Assembly: GCA_016178625.1 (NCBI GenBank)
Contig: JACOSX010000140.1
Coordinates: forward strand, 2,804-66,803
Direction: 5' to 3'
DNA from: Ignavibacteria bacterium
GTDB lineage: Bacteria > Bacteroidota > Ignavibacteria > UBA10030 > SZUA-254
DNA: 64,000 bases
Of the stretch, positions 1 through 11,088 are shown one piece after another (the stretch's first letter is position 1; every line of letters starts with the position of its first letter). The notes beneath the pieces are model-generated. The model saw nothing but the letters and a program-made list of their open reading frames with translations, did no database searches and was not told the DNA's origin. Both the position numbers and the translations under genes were made by a program.

Positions 1-172
1 TCTTCGGGTCGGACCGGGACTGCAGGTGGGGATGATGGTTGGGTTCATTCATTCTCCGTCAATTTCTTTAAAATTGGATGAAAAAGCAAGTCACAACGCG
101 AATGATTACGGGGAAAAGTAAAAGAGTCTTGCATTTCTTTCTGGTTTCGCGTAAGTTCAACGAGAACTCTTG

Positions 173-2638
173 ATGTTGAACATGTTCCTAAAATATTTTC
201 TGATTCCCAGTTTCATTTGTTTCTCAGGAATCCATGTGATGAAAGCTGGGACCTCACCGAAGAGTATCGTAGCTTCGCGTGTTGCCACATCGCCTCGGAT
301 CGATGGATACCTCTCTGATGATGTCTGGCAATCTGCAGTAGCGGTGTCGGGCTTTCAACAATTCGATCCTGATGAAGGAGCACCCTCAACAGAAGCCACC
401 GCGGTTAAAGTCGTGTATGATGATAACGCAGTGTATGTAGGAGTGATGTGTTATGATTCTGATCCCTTGGGTATTGTTGGGCAATTGACCCGGCGTGATC
501 GGACGGTGGAAGCGGATCGCTTCTCTTTCAACATCGATTCCTATCATGATCATACCACTGCATTTGTCTTCGGTGGAAGCGTCTCCGGGGTTCAGTCGGA
601 TGGGATTCTCTCGCAAGATGGTCTTGTCTATGACAACCAATGGGACGCCGTCTGGGATTTTGATTCAAAGATTTTGCCTGATGGCTGGTCGGCAGAGTTT
701 AAAATACCGTTCAGTGCACTCCGGTTTTCAGAACAAGATAGCGAATATGTTTGGGGTATCAACTTCCGTCGGTACATTGCACGGAAGAAGGAAATTGACC
801 AATGGGTGATGGTGCCGCGGAAGGAGATGCCGCCGGGAACAATTGCTTCTGTTTCAAAGATGGGGCATCTTTCTGGTATTACGAATATTCACCCGCCTCT
901 ACGCATTGAAGTCCTTCCGTACCAGGTTTCCAAGGTGAACTACCTCGCGCAGCCCGCGCCGTTTCCTGCCAGAAAAGAGCTCAAAGGCAGTGCTGGTCTT
1001 GACTTGAAGTACGGTGTGACCAATAGTTTTACGTTCGATATGGCAATCAACCCGGATTTCGGTCAGGTGGAAGTTGATCAGTCTGTTTTGAATCTCACCG
1101 TCTTCGAGACACGCTATCCGGAGAAGCGGCCTTTTTTTCTTGAAGGCGCACGATTGTTTACGTTCGGGGAATCGTTCGACAATCAATCATTGCAGTTATT
1201 CTATTCTCGTCGTATCGGTCGGAAACCCACGCTGGCCAGACCCCCGACACCGGGATACACGTTCAGCCAAAATCCACAAACGACGACGATCCTTGGAGCT
1301 ATGAAGCTGACAGGCCGCACCGATGATGGTTTTTCAATCGGTGCGCTGACCGCGCTCACGGATCAAGAAGAGGCGATTGAAGAAGATACGTCGGGGGTGC
1401 GATTAAGTCCGTTTATTGTTGAACCGCGCGGAAGCTATAGTGTTGTACGGTTGAAGCAGGATATCCTTGGAAATTCTTCGGTGGGCATGATGCTGACAAG
1501 TAGGTTCAAAGATCAACGGTTTCCCTCGTTGAGTGGCGGGATCGATTGGAACGTACGGTTCGGAGATGGAACCTACCGCGCGGATGGTTATATAGCGGGG
1601 TCGCAAATCACTATCGCACCCGATACGCGGCATACCGGTAGTGCTGGTAGAATCAACGTTGGCAAACCAGAAGGTGATCACTGGCTTGCCGTTACAGAGT
1701 ATGATTTTGCTTCGCGAAATTTCTTCATCAGTGATCTGGGGCTGTTCAACCAGCCTCTCGAACATGGTGGTTATGCTCAAATAATATACAAGGAAGATCA
1801 CGCGGTTGCGCCGGTCCGACGATATTGGCTGGCGCTCGAAGCTGATGATCGATGGAATTGGGACGGCATCAATACGCTCAAGAATATTCTCGCACAGGTA
1901 TCGTGGGAATTCAGAAACTTCTGGTATGTTGGGCTTAATTATTACAATGATCTTCCGTCATTCGACGATGCAAGCCGGGGGCTAAGAGGTCTTTATCGTC
2001 GTCCTTCGGGGAATCGACTCATAGCATCGCTTCAAACGGATAGTCGGTATCCCCTGTTCATCACCATGAGTGGTGGCTATTATAACACTGCAAAAAATTC
2101 GCGCACAGTGTTTGGCGGGGCAGTATTTACCATCCGTCCCACTCCTTGGATCGAGCTCGCTCCCGAAATCTTTCTTCTTGGAACACGAAACTTAGAGGCG
2201 TGGGTTATCCCGGATACAACGGATGACGGTCATAATCTATTTGGAGATCGGGACGTCGATCAGGTTAATTTCTCGTTGCGCGGAACAATAACCTTCACAC
2301 GCAGTTTGAGTATGCAGTTTTTCACGCAGGTATTTCTCGCAAAGGGGCACTATTCGAATTTCAAGAAACTCCTCTCCGCGGATGAACTTCCACTCTATGG
2401 TTATGAAAGCTCTCCGTTGTACGCAAACCCAGACTTCAACCAAAAATTCCTCAATGCCAACGTTGTTTTACGATGGGAATATTTACCTGGAAGCACCTTC
2501 TATCTTGTATGGACTCAAGCGCGCTTCGGGAATGATGGCATTTTCGATCAGAGTTTCTCTGAAAACTTCTCCAATGCCTTCAAACTTCCGATGGACAACG
2601 TGGTCCTTGCCAAGATAAGCTATTGGTGGAATCTCTGA
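173..2638 (+). CDS. DUF5916 / carbohydrate-binding-family-9-like secreted protein (outer-membrane associated), full-length paralog of 17954..20404
   Basis: 822-aa ORF (track start 170 is TTG; first ATG 173). Hydrophobic N-terminus. Conserved 'PRIDGxLxDxVW ... DFxQxDPxEG' block near the N-terminus and 'YPEKRPFF..FYSRRIGR' mid-protein block shared with the ORF at 17954. Confidence 0.6.
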   Translation: MLNMFLKYFLIPSFICFSGIHVMKAGTSPKSIVASRVATSPRIDGYLSDDVWQSAVAVSGFQQFDPDEGAPSTEATAVKVVYDDNAVYVGVMCYDSDPLGIVGQLTRRDRTVEADRFSFNIDSYHDHTTAFVFGGSVSGVQSDGILSQDGLVYDNQWDAVWDFDSKILPDGWSAEFKIPFSALRFSEQDSEYVWGINFRRYIARKKEIDQWVMVPRKEMPPGTIASVSKMGHLSGITNIHPPLRIEVLPYQVSKVNYLAQPAPFPARKELKGSAGLDLKYGVTNSFTFDMAINPDFGQVEVDQSVLNLTVFETRYPEKRPFFLEGARLFTFGESFDNQSLQLFYSRRIGRKPTLARPPTPGYTFSQNPQTTTILGAMKLTGRTDDGFSIGALTALTDQEEAIEEDTSGVRLSPFIVEPRGSYSVVRLKQDILGNSSVGMMLTSRFKDQRFPSLSGGIDWNVRFGDGTYRADGYIAGSQITIAPDTRHTGSAGRINVGKPEGDHWLAVTEYDFASRNFFISDLGLFNQPLEHGGYAQIIYKEDHAVAPVRRYWLALEADDRWNWDGINTLKNILAQVSWEFRNFWYVGLNYYNDLPSFDDASRGLRGLYRRPSGNRLIASLQTDSRYPLFITMSGGYYNTAKNSRTVFGGAVFTIRPTPWIELAPEIFLLGTRNLEAWVIPDTTDDGHNLFGDRDVDQVNFSLRGTITFTRSLSMQFFTQVFLAKGHYSNFKKLLSADELPLYGYESSPLYANPDFNQKFLNANVVLRWEYLPGSTFYLVWTQARFGNDGIFDQSFSENFSNAFKLPMDNVVLAKISYWWNL

Positions 2639-2808
2639 ATCCTACACTAATGTACTTCTGATGTTGATATCCTAAGGCACACCTTCTTTTGGTTCTCCCA
2701 ACCACGTCAACTGCAGAGTGACTCTTCGTGACGCTGCATAAAAGCAGGCCGAGGGACAATAGGGGGGAACTAATCCATTTGATTTTCGTAACAGAGTGCA
2801 GGCTGTGT

Positions 2809-2836
2809 CAACCATCGTACGGAACCGAGTGTCTAA
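2809..2836 (+). promoter_or_regulatory. Candidate ECF-type promoter (CAACCAT-N16-TCTAA) upstream of ECF sigma gene 1
   Basis: CAACCAT at 2809-2815 and TCTAA at 2832-2836, 32 nt before ATG 2868. The same motif pair occurs upstream of the paralogous sigma gene at 12877-12903. Typical of autoregulated ECF promoters with an AAC -35 element. Confidence 0.3.
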
Positions 2837-2867
2837 CCTCCAGAATCAAAGACAAGGGATCCCCTGC

Positions 2868-3422
2868 ATGACCGCTGCGGATGAGCAGCAACTGATCCTT
2901 CATGCGAAAGAAGGAAGCCATGATGCATTTCGAGTCCTCGTTGAGCGCTATATGAAGCAAGCGTATAATATCGCCTATGGTTTTGTCAACGACCACGACG
3001 ACGCTGAAGATATTGCTCAAGAGGCGTTCGTTCGTGTTTTCCGTTCGATCAAAACGTTTCGCGGTGATGCAGAATTCGCGACATGGTTATACCGGATCGT
3101 GACAAACGTATCGTTCAACCGTACGCGTCAGAAGAAAAATATCGCACGGCGTGAAGTGCAGCTGGTTAATGAGACACTCGAGACTATGGGTAGCGCAACG
3201 CCGGAGTATAGTCACGACGATGTGGAGGCAATCATGGAACGCGCGCTCCATGAGCTGCCAACGCTGCAACGGGCAACAGTTATTCTCCGTCATCTCAATG
3301 GAATGTCGACGAGACAAGTAAGCAATGTCCTCCGATGTTCGGAGGGAACGGTGAAGACGCATCTCCACCGCGGTTTGAAGAAGATGAAAAAGATGATGAT
3401 CTTCTTGAGAGAACAGAAATGA
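2868..3422 (+). CDS. RNA polymerase ECF-subfamily sigma-70 factor (sigma-24/RpoE-like)
   Basis: Region 2 and region 4 motifs ('DAEDIAQEAFVRVFRSIKTFRG..EFATWLYRIVTNV', C-terminal HTH 'MSTRQVSNVLRCSEGTVKTHLHRG'). The track ORF begins at 2796, but ATG 2868 leaves room for the upstream promoter motif. The stop overlaps the anti-sigma start (ATGA at 3419-3422). Confidence 0.85.
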   Translation: MTAADEQQLILHAKEGSHDAFRVLVERYMKQAYNIAYGFVNDHDDAEDIAQEAFVRVFRSIKTFRGDAEFATWLYRIVTNVSFNRTRQKKNIARREVQLVNETLETMGSATPEYSHDDVEAIMERALHELPTLQRATVILRHLNGMSTRQVSNVLRCSEGTVKTHLHRGLKKMKKMMIFLREQK

Positions 3423-4228
3423 TGATCAGGCACAGACGAATCAAGCTCTTATTGTATGACTATCTCATGGGTGAGCTGTCTCAGGACGGGCGACACACGG
3501 TAGAGGATCATCTTGCTACGTGCCTGAAGTGCGCAAATGAGTTGACGGAGCTGCAGTCTGCACTTGAAGTTACCTCGCTGGTAATTCATCAGCCGAGCGA
3601 AGAACGTCCTGTTGAGTTTTGGCAGAACTTCACCCGAGAAGTGGAGAACAAGATCCAAGCCGCCGCCGCTGTTCAACATGGGAAGCCTGCGTTCGTGTCG
3701 GTTGAGCACATGAATGCATTCAAAATCGCGAAATTCAGACCTGCTGTTGTACTCGGCGTCGCGATTGCCATGCTTGTTGTGGCTCTCATTGTCGGGAGAT
3801 CTTTGAGGACCCGCACTGAAGAAAACCGAGCACAGGGTCTTCCTGAACGAGCAGTGCCGCTGATATCTGCTAACGATAGGATGGGACAGTACTTCCGTAA
3901 ATCGAAGACGCTGCTTGTGGGGATCGAGAATATGAAAGTTGATGAGCGACAGCCGGTTGATCTGAAGGCAGAACGGAGGGTTTCGCGGCAGCTCATCCAC
4001 GAGGCGCGTTATCTCAAAAGCCAGCCGATCGATGTCCGATCGGCAAAACTCATCGGTGACCTCGAAAAGATACTCATTGAACTTGCCAACATGAAAGAAG
4101 AGAATAATCTTCCCAATGTTGAAATCATCCGTGGGGGAATTCATCAGGAAAACCTGTTATTCAAGATCCGCATGGCCGAGTCGCTGTACGATACTGTGAA
4201 ATATGTCACTGCGAACATTACATATTGA
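3419..4228 (+). CDS. Anti-sigma factor, zinc-finger type, single-pass membrane
   Basis: Translationally coupled to the sigma gene. N-terminal 'LLYDYLMGELSQDGRHTVEDHLATCLKCANEL' is the putative zinc-finger anti-sigma signature. One TM helix (AVVLGVAIAMLVVALIV). Confidence 0.7.
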   Translation: MMIRHRRIKLLLYDYLMGELSQDGRHTVEDHLATCLKCANELTELQSALEVTSLVIHQPSEERPVEFWQNFTREVENKIQAAAAVQHGKPAFVSVEHMNAFKIAKFRPAVVLGVAIAMLVVALIVGRSLRTRTEENRAQGLPERAVPLISANDRMGQYFRKSKTLLVGIENMKVDERQPVDLKAERRVSRQLIHEARYLKSQPIDVRSAKLIGDLEKILIELANMKEENNLPNVEIIRGGIHQENLLFKIRMAESLYDTVKYVTANITY

Positions 4229-4240
4229 AAGAGCTAAACT

Positions 4241-5413
4241 ATGAAATACTTCATGCTTGTTCTCCTCGCCATTGCTGCAGAAACAATTCTGCTCAAGGCA
4301 CAAGGCTTATCATCCGATGCGCTGGGTGTAGCACCAATACAATCAATGGATGTTTCCATCACCCTCGCGGCGATCCCTGGTGAGCCACGGGGTGGTGGAG
4401 ATGATCCTGTCTACAAGATCTATAAGAAGGGATACAATCTTATCCTCGATGAACAATGGGAAGAGGCGCGGAAACAATTTGCCGAGGTAGTGAAAAAGTA
4501 TCCCAAGAGTGAATACGTTGATGATGCCGAGTATTGGTCGGCGTACGCGTTGAGGCACATCGACAAGAAGAAAGCGATCAAAGCCTACGAGAAATTTCTC
4601 GTCAATTATCCTCATAGCAGCTACTATGATGATGCTACTTCAGATCTAAGCCAGATAGCACCAAAGCCGTTCATTATCGGAAGAGTTGGAGGTAAGGTCG
4701 TGGGTGCTGACAGCGGTTACGTCGATGAGAACGGCTTCATGCTGTCGAGAACCAATGGAAAAGGATTTAGCTACATGTACGGTTTTGGTCCGAATCAAAA
4801 GATCATTGAGCGCCAACTGAAGAATCAACTTCGGGCAATGGCACATATGCGCTTGCCGGGCAAATCGCCTCCCCCATTCCCTGGTCTCAACGGGCTTGGT
4901 GGTGATCTTGACCAAGAAACTCGCCTGAAGATGGAAGCACTCCATGCCCTCGGCGAGACGAAAGAGGATTCGACGGCATTTCGCTCGTTTAGAGACGTCG
5001 CCATCAATACCTCCAACGCCACCGACCTTCGTATCGCTGCAATGGACGAGCTTGCGCAATGTAAGAAGTATGACCCCTTCCCCGTATTTCTTGAGATCGC
5101 TAAGAACGATACGAGCGAGCAGATCCAAACGACAGCAATCGATCACATTGGAATGTTTACGAAGGATAAGAATCGTTCCGTCGAGACATTGATCGAGTTG
5201 TTCAATGCCATCCCCAAAAATCGGACAGATCAACGGCAGAACATCTTCTACTCGATTGCCGAGGTTGGCAATGACCGTGCGGTGGATTTCCTTGCAACCA
5301 TTGCCAAGACCTACGACAATTACGACCTTCGCAGCACTGCCGTGTATTACCTCGGTAGTATCGGCACTGATCGTGCCCGCGCCGCGCTTTACGAAATTCT
5401 TCGGGGGAAGTGA
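4241..5413 (+). CDS. Secreted TPR / HEAT-repeat (PBS-lyase-like) protein, third gene of the ECF module
   Basis: Signal peptide, YfiO/BamD-like TPR block, then HEAT-like repeats ('LRIAAMDELAQ', 'TTAIDHIGMF', 'LRSTAVYYLGSIG'). Sits 13 nt after the anti-sigma gene. Confidence 0.55.
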   Translation: MKYFMLVLLAIAAETILLKAQGLSSDALGVAPIQSMDVSITLAAIPGEPRGGGDDPVYKIYKKGYNLILDEQWEEARKQFAEVVKKYPKSEYVDDAEYWSAYALRHIDKKKAIKAYEKFLVNYPHSSYYDDATSDLSQIAPKPFIIGRVGGKVVGADSGYVDENGFMLSRTNGKGFSYMYGFGPNQKIIERQLKNQLRAMAHMRLPGKSPPPFPGLNGLGGDLDQETRLKMEALHALGETKEDSTAFRSFRDVAINTSNATDLRIAAMDELAQCKKYDPFPVFLEIAKNDTSEQIQTTAIDHIGMFTKDKNRSVETLIELFNAIPKNRTDQRQNIFYSIAEVGNDRAVDFLATIAKTYDNYDLRSTAVYYLGSIGTDRARAALYEILRGK

Positions 5414-5805
5414 TCGAACCGTAGCAACATTCCTGATTTCTTCGCCCTCATAATGCTCCATCCCGTTGCAAGGATGTTTTAGTAGGATTCCGCTTGGAGG
5501 AATTTTCCTTTCCGGGGGACAGGATAAGAATTCTGTTCAACCTATGAAATCGATTCGTGCTGCACGGCATATTGACACTTAAGCGCAGAATGATTACTTT
5601 CCTACGTTCGATCTCCTAAGCCTTCAATCTCACGGAGTCAAGCTTGGGAGTCCAAAGTTCGATCAACCGTACAATCCGGTTTTCTCTGCTAGGTGGACCG
5701 TTTTGAGATCTTAACTCTTATATTCACTTCCGAGAGTCTCTCATTTTTTACAACAGAACGCGATCTGTGATACTTCGTCGAATGCGTGCGGATACTTTTC
5801 AGACA

Positions 5806-8800
5806 ATGAGCATGAAGAGTGTGTTCTTCGGTCTTATCCTCGGTGCCATTATTCTTTTCATGACAGGGTCATCCATCAGTCAGGAACTGCCCTTTACACA
5901 CTACACACCAGAGAGTGAAGTGAACCCGCTCCCTTCTGCTGATGTTCGAACGTTGTATCAGGATCGCCTGGGTTACATCTGGATGGTGGTATACTCGTCG
6001 GGTCTCCTTCGATACGATGGGCATCACTACGACCGATATACAATTGACGATGGTTTGCCCGGTCTCGATGTGCGTGAAGTTCTCGAGGATCGATTTGGCC
6101 GGCTGTGGGTCGCATCAGAAGAAGGACTCGTAGTCTCTGAGAAGCCACTCGATGAGTATTCAGTAGAAACTCGTATTCGGTTTATCACTCAGATCGGCCA
6201 GACAAGTATTGTGCGAGCTGCCATCATCGAAAATCGCATAAGCCTCGATTCGCGCGGTGTACTCTGGGTGGGCACGCGCGAAAACGGGATTATCCGTTAC
6301 CGTTTTCCCAGTGTGGATTCCGTGGTGGCGGATACGATTAAGACGGATATTGCGGGCGATGGAAAGAACAAAGATATCCGTTCCATCTGTTTGCGTCGCG
6401 ATGGTTCGATGTGGGTGGCAATCGGTGGGGGAGATTTGATAACATTCGCCCGAGACTCAGGGCGATATGAACTCATCGCTGCTGATGACGGGATGCCACG
6501 CTCCAATTCTGACGACCTCTATGAAAGTCATACCGGTATTTTGTACGGAGGCCGCCAGAATGGAATGCTCTGGCGTTTGGCGGAGAACGCTGGCAAACGC
6601 CGCATCGTTGTGGTGAATCGAGATCTCAAGAGTCGGATTACCAACATTATCGAAGCTCCTTCGGGAACCCTCTGGGTTGCAAGCGAAGGTTCGGGGGTGA
6701 TGAAGATTACCTTGGACACTGATAGTTCGTCTTCCGCTCGATCCGAGACTCGTCGGATCATCTATACTCGCCATAACGGTTTGTTGAGTGACAACATTAG
6801 CAACATTCTTCAGGACACTGAAGGGAACATCTGGCTTGCACAAGTTGGAGGCGTTTCTAAGCTCCGCGCCAACTATGCTGCATATGGAAGCTTCACCACA
6901 ACCTCTCACAGTGGTGCAAAGCCGAATCTGCCGAACGCGTCTATCAATGCAGTCATTCCGCCAACTCGAGGGACAGATTCACACGGTTTATGCGTAGCGA
7001 CGACTGGTGGAGGAATTGCAATGATTGACGAAGAGGGTGAAGTCGAGAGCATCCAAGCCGATCAGGGGTTACGAAACAATTGGGCGAACGGTCTCGCGGT
7101 GGATTCAAAGGGAAGACTCTGGATTGGAACGACCAGTGGTATAAACTGTTTTTCCCCTGAGATGAAATTGCTCCCGCCTGCGTCATCTCAAGTTCGATCC
7201 GTTTCGTTCTTTAAGAAAAGAGGAATCATTGCTGCTTATCAGCTCACAACAATCTACGCCTGTAAAAGCCTCCCGATGCGGGAGAGCGGACAAGACGGAA
7301 AAACGATTGAAAGTCTGTGGTTCCCCGGCTACCAGAATCTCTACTGCTTTGTTGATGGTACATGGTTTGTCTTTCGAAATGCATCTGGGCTACCTGCAAC
7401 ATTTTTTGATGCGGTAGCTTTTGATGATGAAGGACGGCTTTGGGTAGGAACTCGGGATGCTGGTCTCTACCGGAGTGATACACCACTCACACTTGCGAGT
7501 CTAAAAACATTGCAAGTGCGTGACGTTGAATCTCAGTTAGGCCGCGGGAAATTTGGTCGGGAGATTGTTTCATCTATATTTAAACCGAAGTGGGATCAGT
7601 CAAACGGCGCTCCTTCCAACCAAATCGAGTCAATGATATGGCAAGATAGCGCACTCTGGATTGGTACACCTGAGGGGTTGGTCGTCATCGAACATGATCC
7701 GCCTCAGATGACAACACATCTCACAGTGGCTGGAGGTCTCAAAGGAAATGATGTAACCAGCCTTGCATTTTCACCTGTAACAGGTTCTCTCTGGACAGGG
7801 ACCAATGGTGGGCTTGCCGAGGTCGATCCGAAACGAAGGATTGTACTAAGAACTCTTACAAAGCAAGATGGTCTTGTTGACAACGAAGTTTGGTTTTATG
7901 GATCGGTTTCGGTTGGAGAAGATGGAGCGGTATACTTCGGGACAGCCAAGGGACTGTCCCTTTACTCGCCACAGCACGACAAAAGGAACGATACTCCTCC
8001 CATCATCCGGTTGGCCCGCGCGCATCTCACCGAAGATAATTCTGGAAACAACGAAGCAGACTTCGAGTATTCCGCACTGAGTTATGCAAACGAGAAGCTT
8101 GTCCGGTATAGGACTCGTCTTGTTGGTTACGACAGGGATTGGTCTCCTGAGAAATCAGAGATCGCCATTCGCTACACCAACCTGTCGGCGTTCTTCATTC
8201 CTAAGCAATATACGTTTGAAATCTTGGCTTCCAACAATAATGGTGTGTGGACGCGGGTGCCCTTTCAGTATTCCTTTTCGATCCGACCGCCATGGTGGTT
8301 CAGGTGGTGGTGGCTGCTGTTAAATGTGCTCTTCCTTGTTCTTTTCGTGTATGTGTTCAATCGTCATCGCGTGCGCCAACTTGAGAAGAGAAGCCGTATG
8401 TTGGAAAAAGTTGTCGAGGAACGGACCCACGAGATCCGAATTCGCATGGAGGAAAATCGCCTCCAGGCCGAAGAATTAGCAACTAAAAATATCGAATTGG
8501 AAGAGAAGAATAAAGAAATCGTCAAGACTCAAGAACAGCTCATCATCCAGGAGAAGCTCGCATCGTTGGGTGCTCTCACTGCAGGGATTGCACATGAAAT
8601 CAAGAACCCGCTAAATTTTGTGAATAATTTTGCGGAACTTTCTGTTGAACTGATCCAAGAGCTCCGGGACGATTTGAACAACCATCGTGAACGTCTCGAT
8701 CAAGAAACCCAAGAAAAGATCCATGAGCTCCTGACCGATTTGGAACACAATACGACGAAAATCAACGAACACGGAAAGAGAGCCGACAGTATCGTTCGCG

Positions 8801-9351
8801 GAATGCTCTTACATTCTCGCGGAAAATCGGGCGAGCGAATGCCGACGGACTTAAACGTTCTATTAGATGAATATGTCCATCTTGCCTATCACGGCTTGCG
8901 CGCCCAGGATTCCAATTTCAACATCACCATCAAAACTGACTATGATCGATCCGTCGGTCAGATTGATGTGGTGCCACAGGATATCAGCAGGGTATTTTTA
9001 AACATCGTCAACAATGCCTGCTATGCCGCTCATGAAAAGAAAAAATCTGCACCGAGGGAATTCATCCCCACACTTTTCGTGTGCACCAAGAGCGTCAATG
9101 GTTCGGTAGAGATCCGAATCCGCGACAACGGCACTGGTGTTCCTCAGAAAATCATCGACAAGATATTTGATCCCTTCTTCACCACAAAACCGACCGGCAA
9201 GGGGACCGGACTCGGTCTTTCCCTGAGTTATGACATTGTTGTGAAAGGACATAATGGCGAGATCCGCGTAGAGACAGAAGAAGGGAAGTACACAGAATTC
9301 ATTATTCGCTTGCCCAAGAGTACATCCGCAGGAGAAGGAGCCCGGGTATGA
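5806..9351 (+). CDS. Hybrid-architecture sensor histidine kinase with periplasmic two-component-regulator beta-propeller repeats and Y_Y_Y domain
   Basis: Track ORF starts at GTG 5767; ATG 5806 precedes the signal anchor. Repeated 'G.LW.GT..GL' propeller motifs. TM helix [21 protein letters not shown], a coiled coil, the HisKA H-box '[10 protein letters not shown]', and HATPase_c G-boxes '[16 protein letters not shown]'. Confidence 0.85.
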   Translation: MSMKSVFFGLILGAIILFMTGSSISQELPFTHYTPESEVNPLPSADVRTLYQDRLGYIWMVVYSSGLLRYDGHHYDRYTIDDGLPGLDVREVLEDRFGRLWVASEEGLVVSEKPLDEYSVETRIRFITQIGQTSIVRAAIIENRISLDSRGVLWVGTRENGIIRYRFPSVDSVVADTIKTDIAGDGKNKDIRSICLRRDGSMWVAIGGGDLITFARDSGRYELIAADDGMPRSNSDDLYESHTGILYGGRQNGMLWRLAENAGKRRIVVVNRDLKSRITNIIEAPSGTLWVASEGSGVMKITLDTDSSSSARSETRRIIYTRHNGLLSDNISNILQDTEGNIWLAQVGGVSKLRANYAAYGSFTTTSHSGAKPNLPNASINAVIPPTRGTDSHGLCVATTGGGIAMIDEEGEVESIQADQGLRNNWANGLAVDSKGRLWIGTTSGINCFSPEMKLLPPASSQVRSVSFFKKRGIIAAYQLTTIYACKSLPMRESGQDGKTIESLWFPGYQNLYCFVDGTWFVFRNASGLPATFFDAVAFDDEGRLWVGTRDAGLYRSDTPLTLASLKTLQVRDVESQLGRGKFGREIVSSIFKPKWDQSNGAPSNQIESMIWQDSALWIGTPEGLVVIEHDPPQMTTHLTVAGGLKGNDVTSLAFSPVTGSLWTGTNGGLAEVDPKRRIVLRTLTKQDGLVDNEVWFYGSVSVGEDGAVYFGTAKGLSLYSPQHDKRNDTPPIIRLARAHLTEDNSGNNEADFEYSALSYANEKLVRYRTRLVGYDRDWSPEKSEIAIRYTNLSAFFIPKQYTFEILASNNNGVWTRVPFQYSFSIRPPWWFRWWWLLLNVLFLVLFVYVFNRHRVRQLEKRSRMLEKVVEERTHEIRIRMEENRLQAEELATKNIELEEKNKEIVKTQEQLIIQEKLASLGALTAGIAHEIKNPLNFVNNFAELSVELIQELRDDLNNHRERLDQETQEKIHELLTDLEHNTTKINEHGKRADSIVRGMLLHSRGKSGERMPTDLNVLLDEYVHLAYHGLRAQDSNFNITIKTDYDRSVGQIDVVPQDISRVFLNIVNNACYAAHEKKKSAPREFIPTLFVCTKSVNGSVEIRIRDNGTGVPQKIIDKIFDPFFTTKPTGKGTGLGLSLSYDIVVKGHNGEIRVETEEGKYTEFIIRLPKSTSAGEGARV

Positions 9352-9719
9352 AGAAAATAGTTGTCGTGGATGATGAACACGATGTCCAATTCCTTTTCGA
9401 GCAACGGTTTCGGAAGGAATTGAAATCAGGTGAAATAGAATTTCACTTTGCATTTTCCGGAGAATCGGCGTTGGAGTATTTGGATCATGAAGATCCTTCC
9501 ACCATCGAAGTGGTTCTCTCGGATATCAATATGCCCGGGATGAGTGGTTTGGATCTTTTGAAGATTGCGAAAGAGAAATATGCAAACCTGAAAATCGTTA
9601 TGATTACCGCGTATAACGATAGTACGAATTACCAGATGGCGGTACAATACGGTAGTGATGACTACTTCACGAAGCCTATCGACTTTACCATCTTGAAGAA
9701 TAAACTTCTTAATCGATAG
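9348..9719 (+). CDS. Single-domain response regulator (CheY-like receiver)
   Basis: ATG overlaps the kinase stop (ATGA). Receiver motifs: 'VVVDDEHDV', phospho-Asp region '[16 protein letters not shown]', 'KIVMITAY', 'DYFTKP'. Confidence 0.85.
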   Translation: MKKIVVVDDEHDVQFLFEQRFRKELKSGEIEFHFAFSGESALEYLDHEDPSTIEVVLSDINMPGMSGLDLLKIAKEKYANLKIVMITAYNDSTNYQMAVQYGSDDYFTKPIDFTILKNKLLNR

Positions 9720-9744
9720 ACATCTGTCGACAAAAGGTTATCCA

Positions 9745-10917
9745 ATGTTCGCGAAAATACTCGTTGTGGATGATGAGCCAGATCTGGAAGAACTTATCCG
9801 TCAAAAGTTTCGGAAGAAGGTTCGCGAGAACGAGTTTCAGTTCTTGTTTGCCAGGAATGGTGTCGAAGCCCTTGAGAAGATGAACAAGGATCGAACCATC
9901 GATCTTGTTCTCACGGATATCAATATGCCCGAGATGGATGGATTAACATTGCTCAGTGAACTTGAATCTCTCAAGATACAAACCCTTAAAGCTGTTATCG
10001 TTTCTGCGTACGGGGACATGGAAAATATTCGCACTGCCATGAATCGTGGCGCATTCGATTTTCTCACAAAGCCGATCGATTTCAACGATCTGGAGCTGAC
10101 AATTAACAAGACGTTGCAGCATTTGCAAATCATCAAGCAAGCGGTCGTTGATCAGGAACAGCTTATTGCAGTGCGGCGAGACCTGAGCATCGCCACGCGC
10201 ATCCAACAATCGATACTTCCGCGGAAGTTTCCTCCATTCCCCGACCGACATGAGATGGAGATTTTTGCCGATATGGTTCCGGCGAAAGAGGTTGGGGGCG
10301 ATTTCTATGACTTCTTTTTTCTCGACGACGATAGACTTGCCTTCGTTATCGGGGATGTTTCTGGGAAAGGAGTCCCTGCGGCAATTTTCATGGCGGTAAG
10401 CCGTACACTTCTGAGAGCGCTCGCCGTACAAAATATGGACCCCGGTGAATGTTTGCGTCGAATGAATACGATGTTGATTCCTGAAAGCGAAACGTCTATG
10501 TTTGTGACGGTGTTTTATGGCATCCTGAACACGCGGACGGGCGAAGTGCAGTATAGCAATGGCGGTCACAACTCTCCCTATATCTTGCGCGGACATGGAA
10601 CGGTCGAACCGTTAGAGGGAACCGGGGGGCTTATCGTGGGCATACTGCCCCACCTCGATTATGATGTTAAGACGATACACCTCGACCCCGGTGATGCGCT
10701 TTTCATGTATACAGACGGCGTGACTGAGACAAGGGACTACAATGGGAATGAATTTTCTGATAGTCGGCTGGGGGAGTTCCTGCGTCGTGTGAAGGACTCC
10801 TCGCTGAAGGAGATTATCCGGTGGATGGTGGAGGAAGTCAATACTTTTTCATCAGGAGTTCCACAAGCTGACGACATTACCATCTTAATGTTGCGCTACC
10901 TCTCGAGAGCGCAATAA
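9745..10917 (+). CDS. Response-regulator receiver fused to a PP2C/SpoIIE-type serine phosphatase (RsbU-like)
   Basis: N-terminal receiver ('ILVVDDEPD..LTDINMPEMDGL'). C-terminal PP2C/SpoIIE motifs ('GGDFYDFF', 'GDVSGKGVPAA', 'YTDGVTE'). Confidence 0.85.
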   Translation: MFAKILVVDDEPDLEELIRQKFRKKVRENEFQFLFARNGVEALEKMNKDRTIDLVLTDINMPEMDGLTLLSELESLKIQTLKAVIVSAYGDMENIRTAMNRGAFDFLTKPIDFNDLELTINKTLQHLQIIKQAVVDQEQLIAVRRDLSIATRIQQSILPRKFPPFPDRHEMEIFADMVPAKEVGGDFYDFFFLDDDRLAFVIGDVSGKGVPAAIFMAVSRTLLRALAVQNMDPGECLRRMNTMLIPESETSMFVTVFYGILNTRTGEVQYSNGGHNSPYILRGHGTVEPLEGTGGLIVGILPHLDYDVKTIHLDPGDALFMYTDGVTETRDYNGNEFSDSRLGEFLRRVKDSSLKEIIRWMVEEVNTFSSGVPQADDITILMLRYLSRAQ

Positions 10918-11088
10918 CGATCTTGTGATCCCCCCTAGCGTGAACTCCTCAGACCGTTTGGAAAGTTCATTTGAGATGTTTCCGATGATATCTCACTTCC
11001 CAATTAAGGATATCCTCGTCCACAAAACGAGGGAAAACATTTCGTTTCCCCACGGGTAGACGAAAAAACTGTTGTCGACGAACTGCTG

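Noticed and set aside
2796-2867. Track start codon at 2796 for ECF sigma 1
   Set aside because: The extension 'MQAVSTIVRNRVSNLQNQRQGIPC' is absent from the paralog and would swallow the CAACCAT/TCTAA promoter motif. ATG 2868 gives a canonical sigma N-terminus.
10918-11088. Possible terminators between convergent receiver-PP2C and lipoprotein genes
   Set aside because: I found only 6-bp imperfect stems with no T-tract, which is not convincing.
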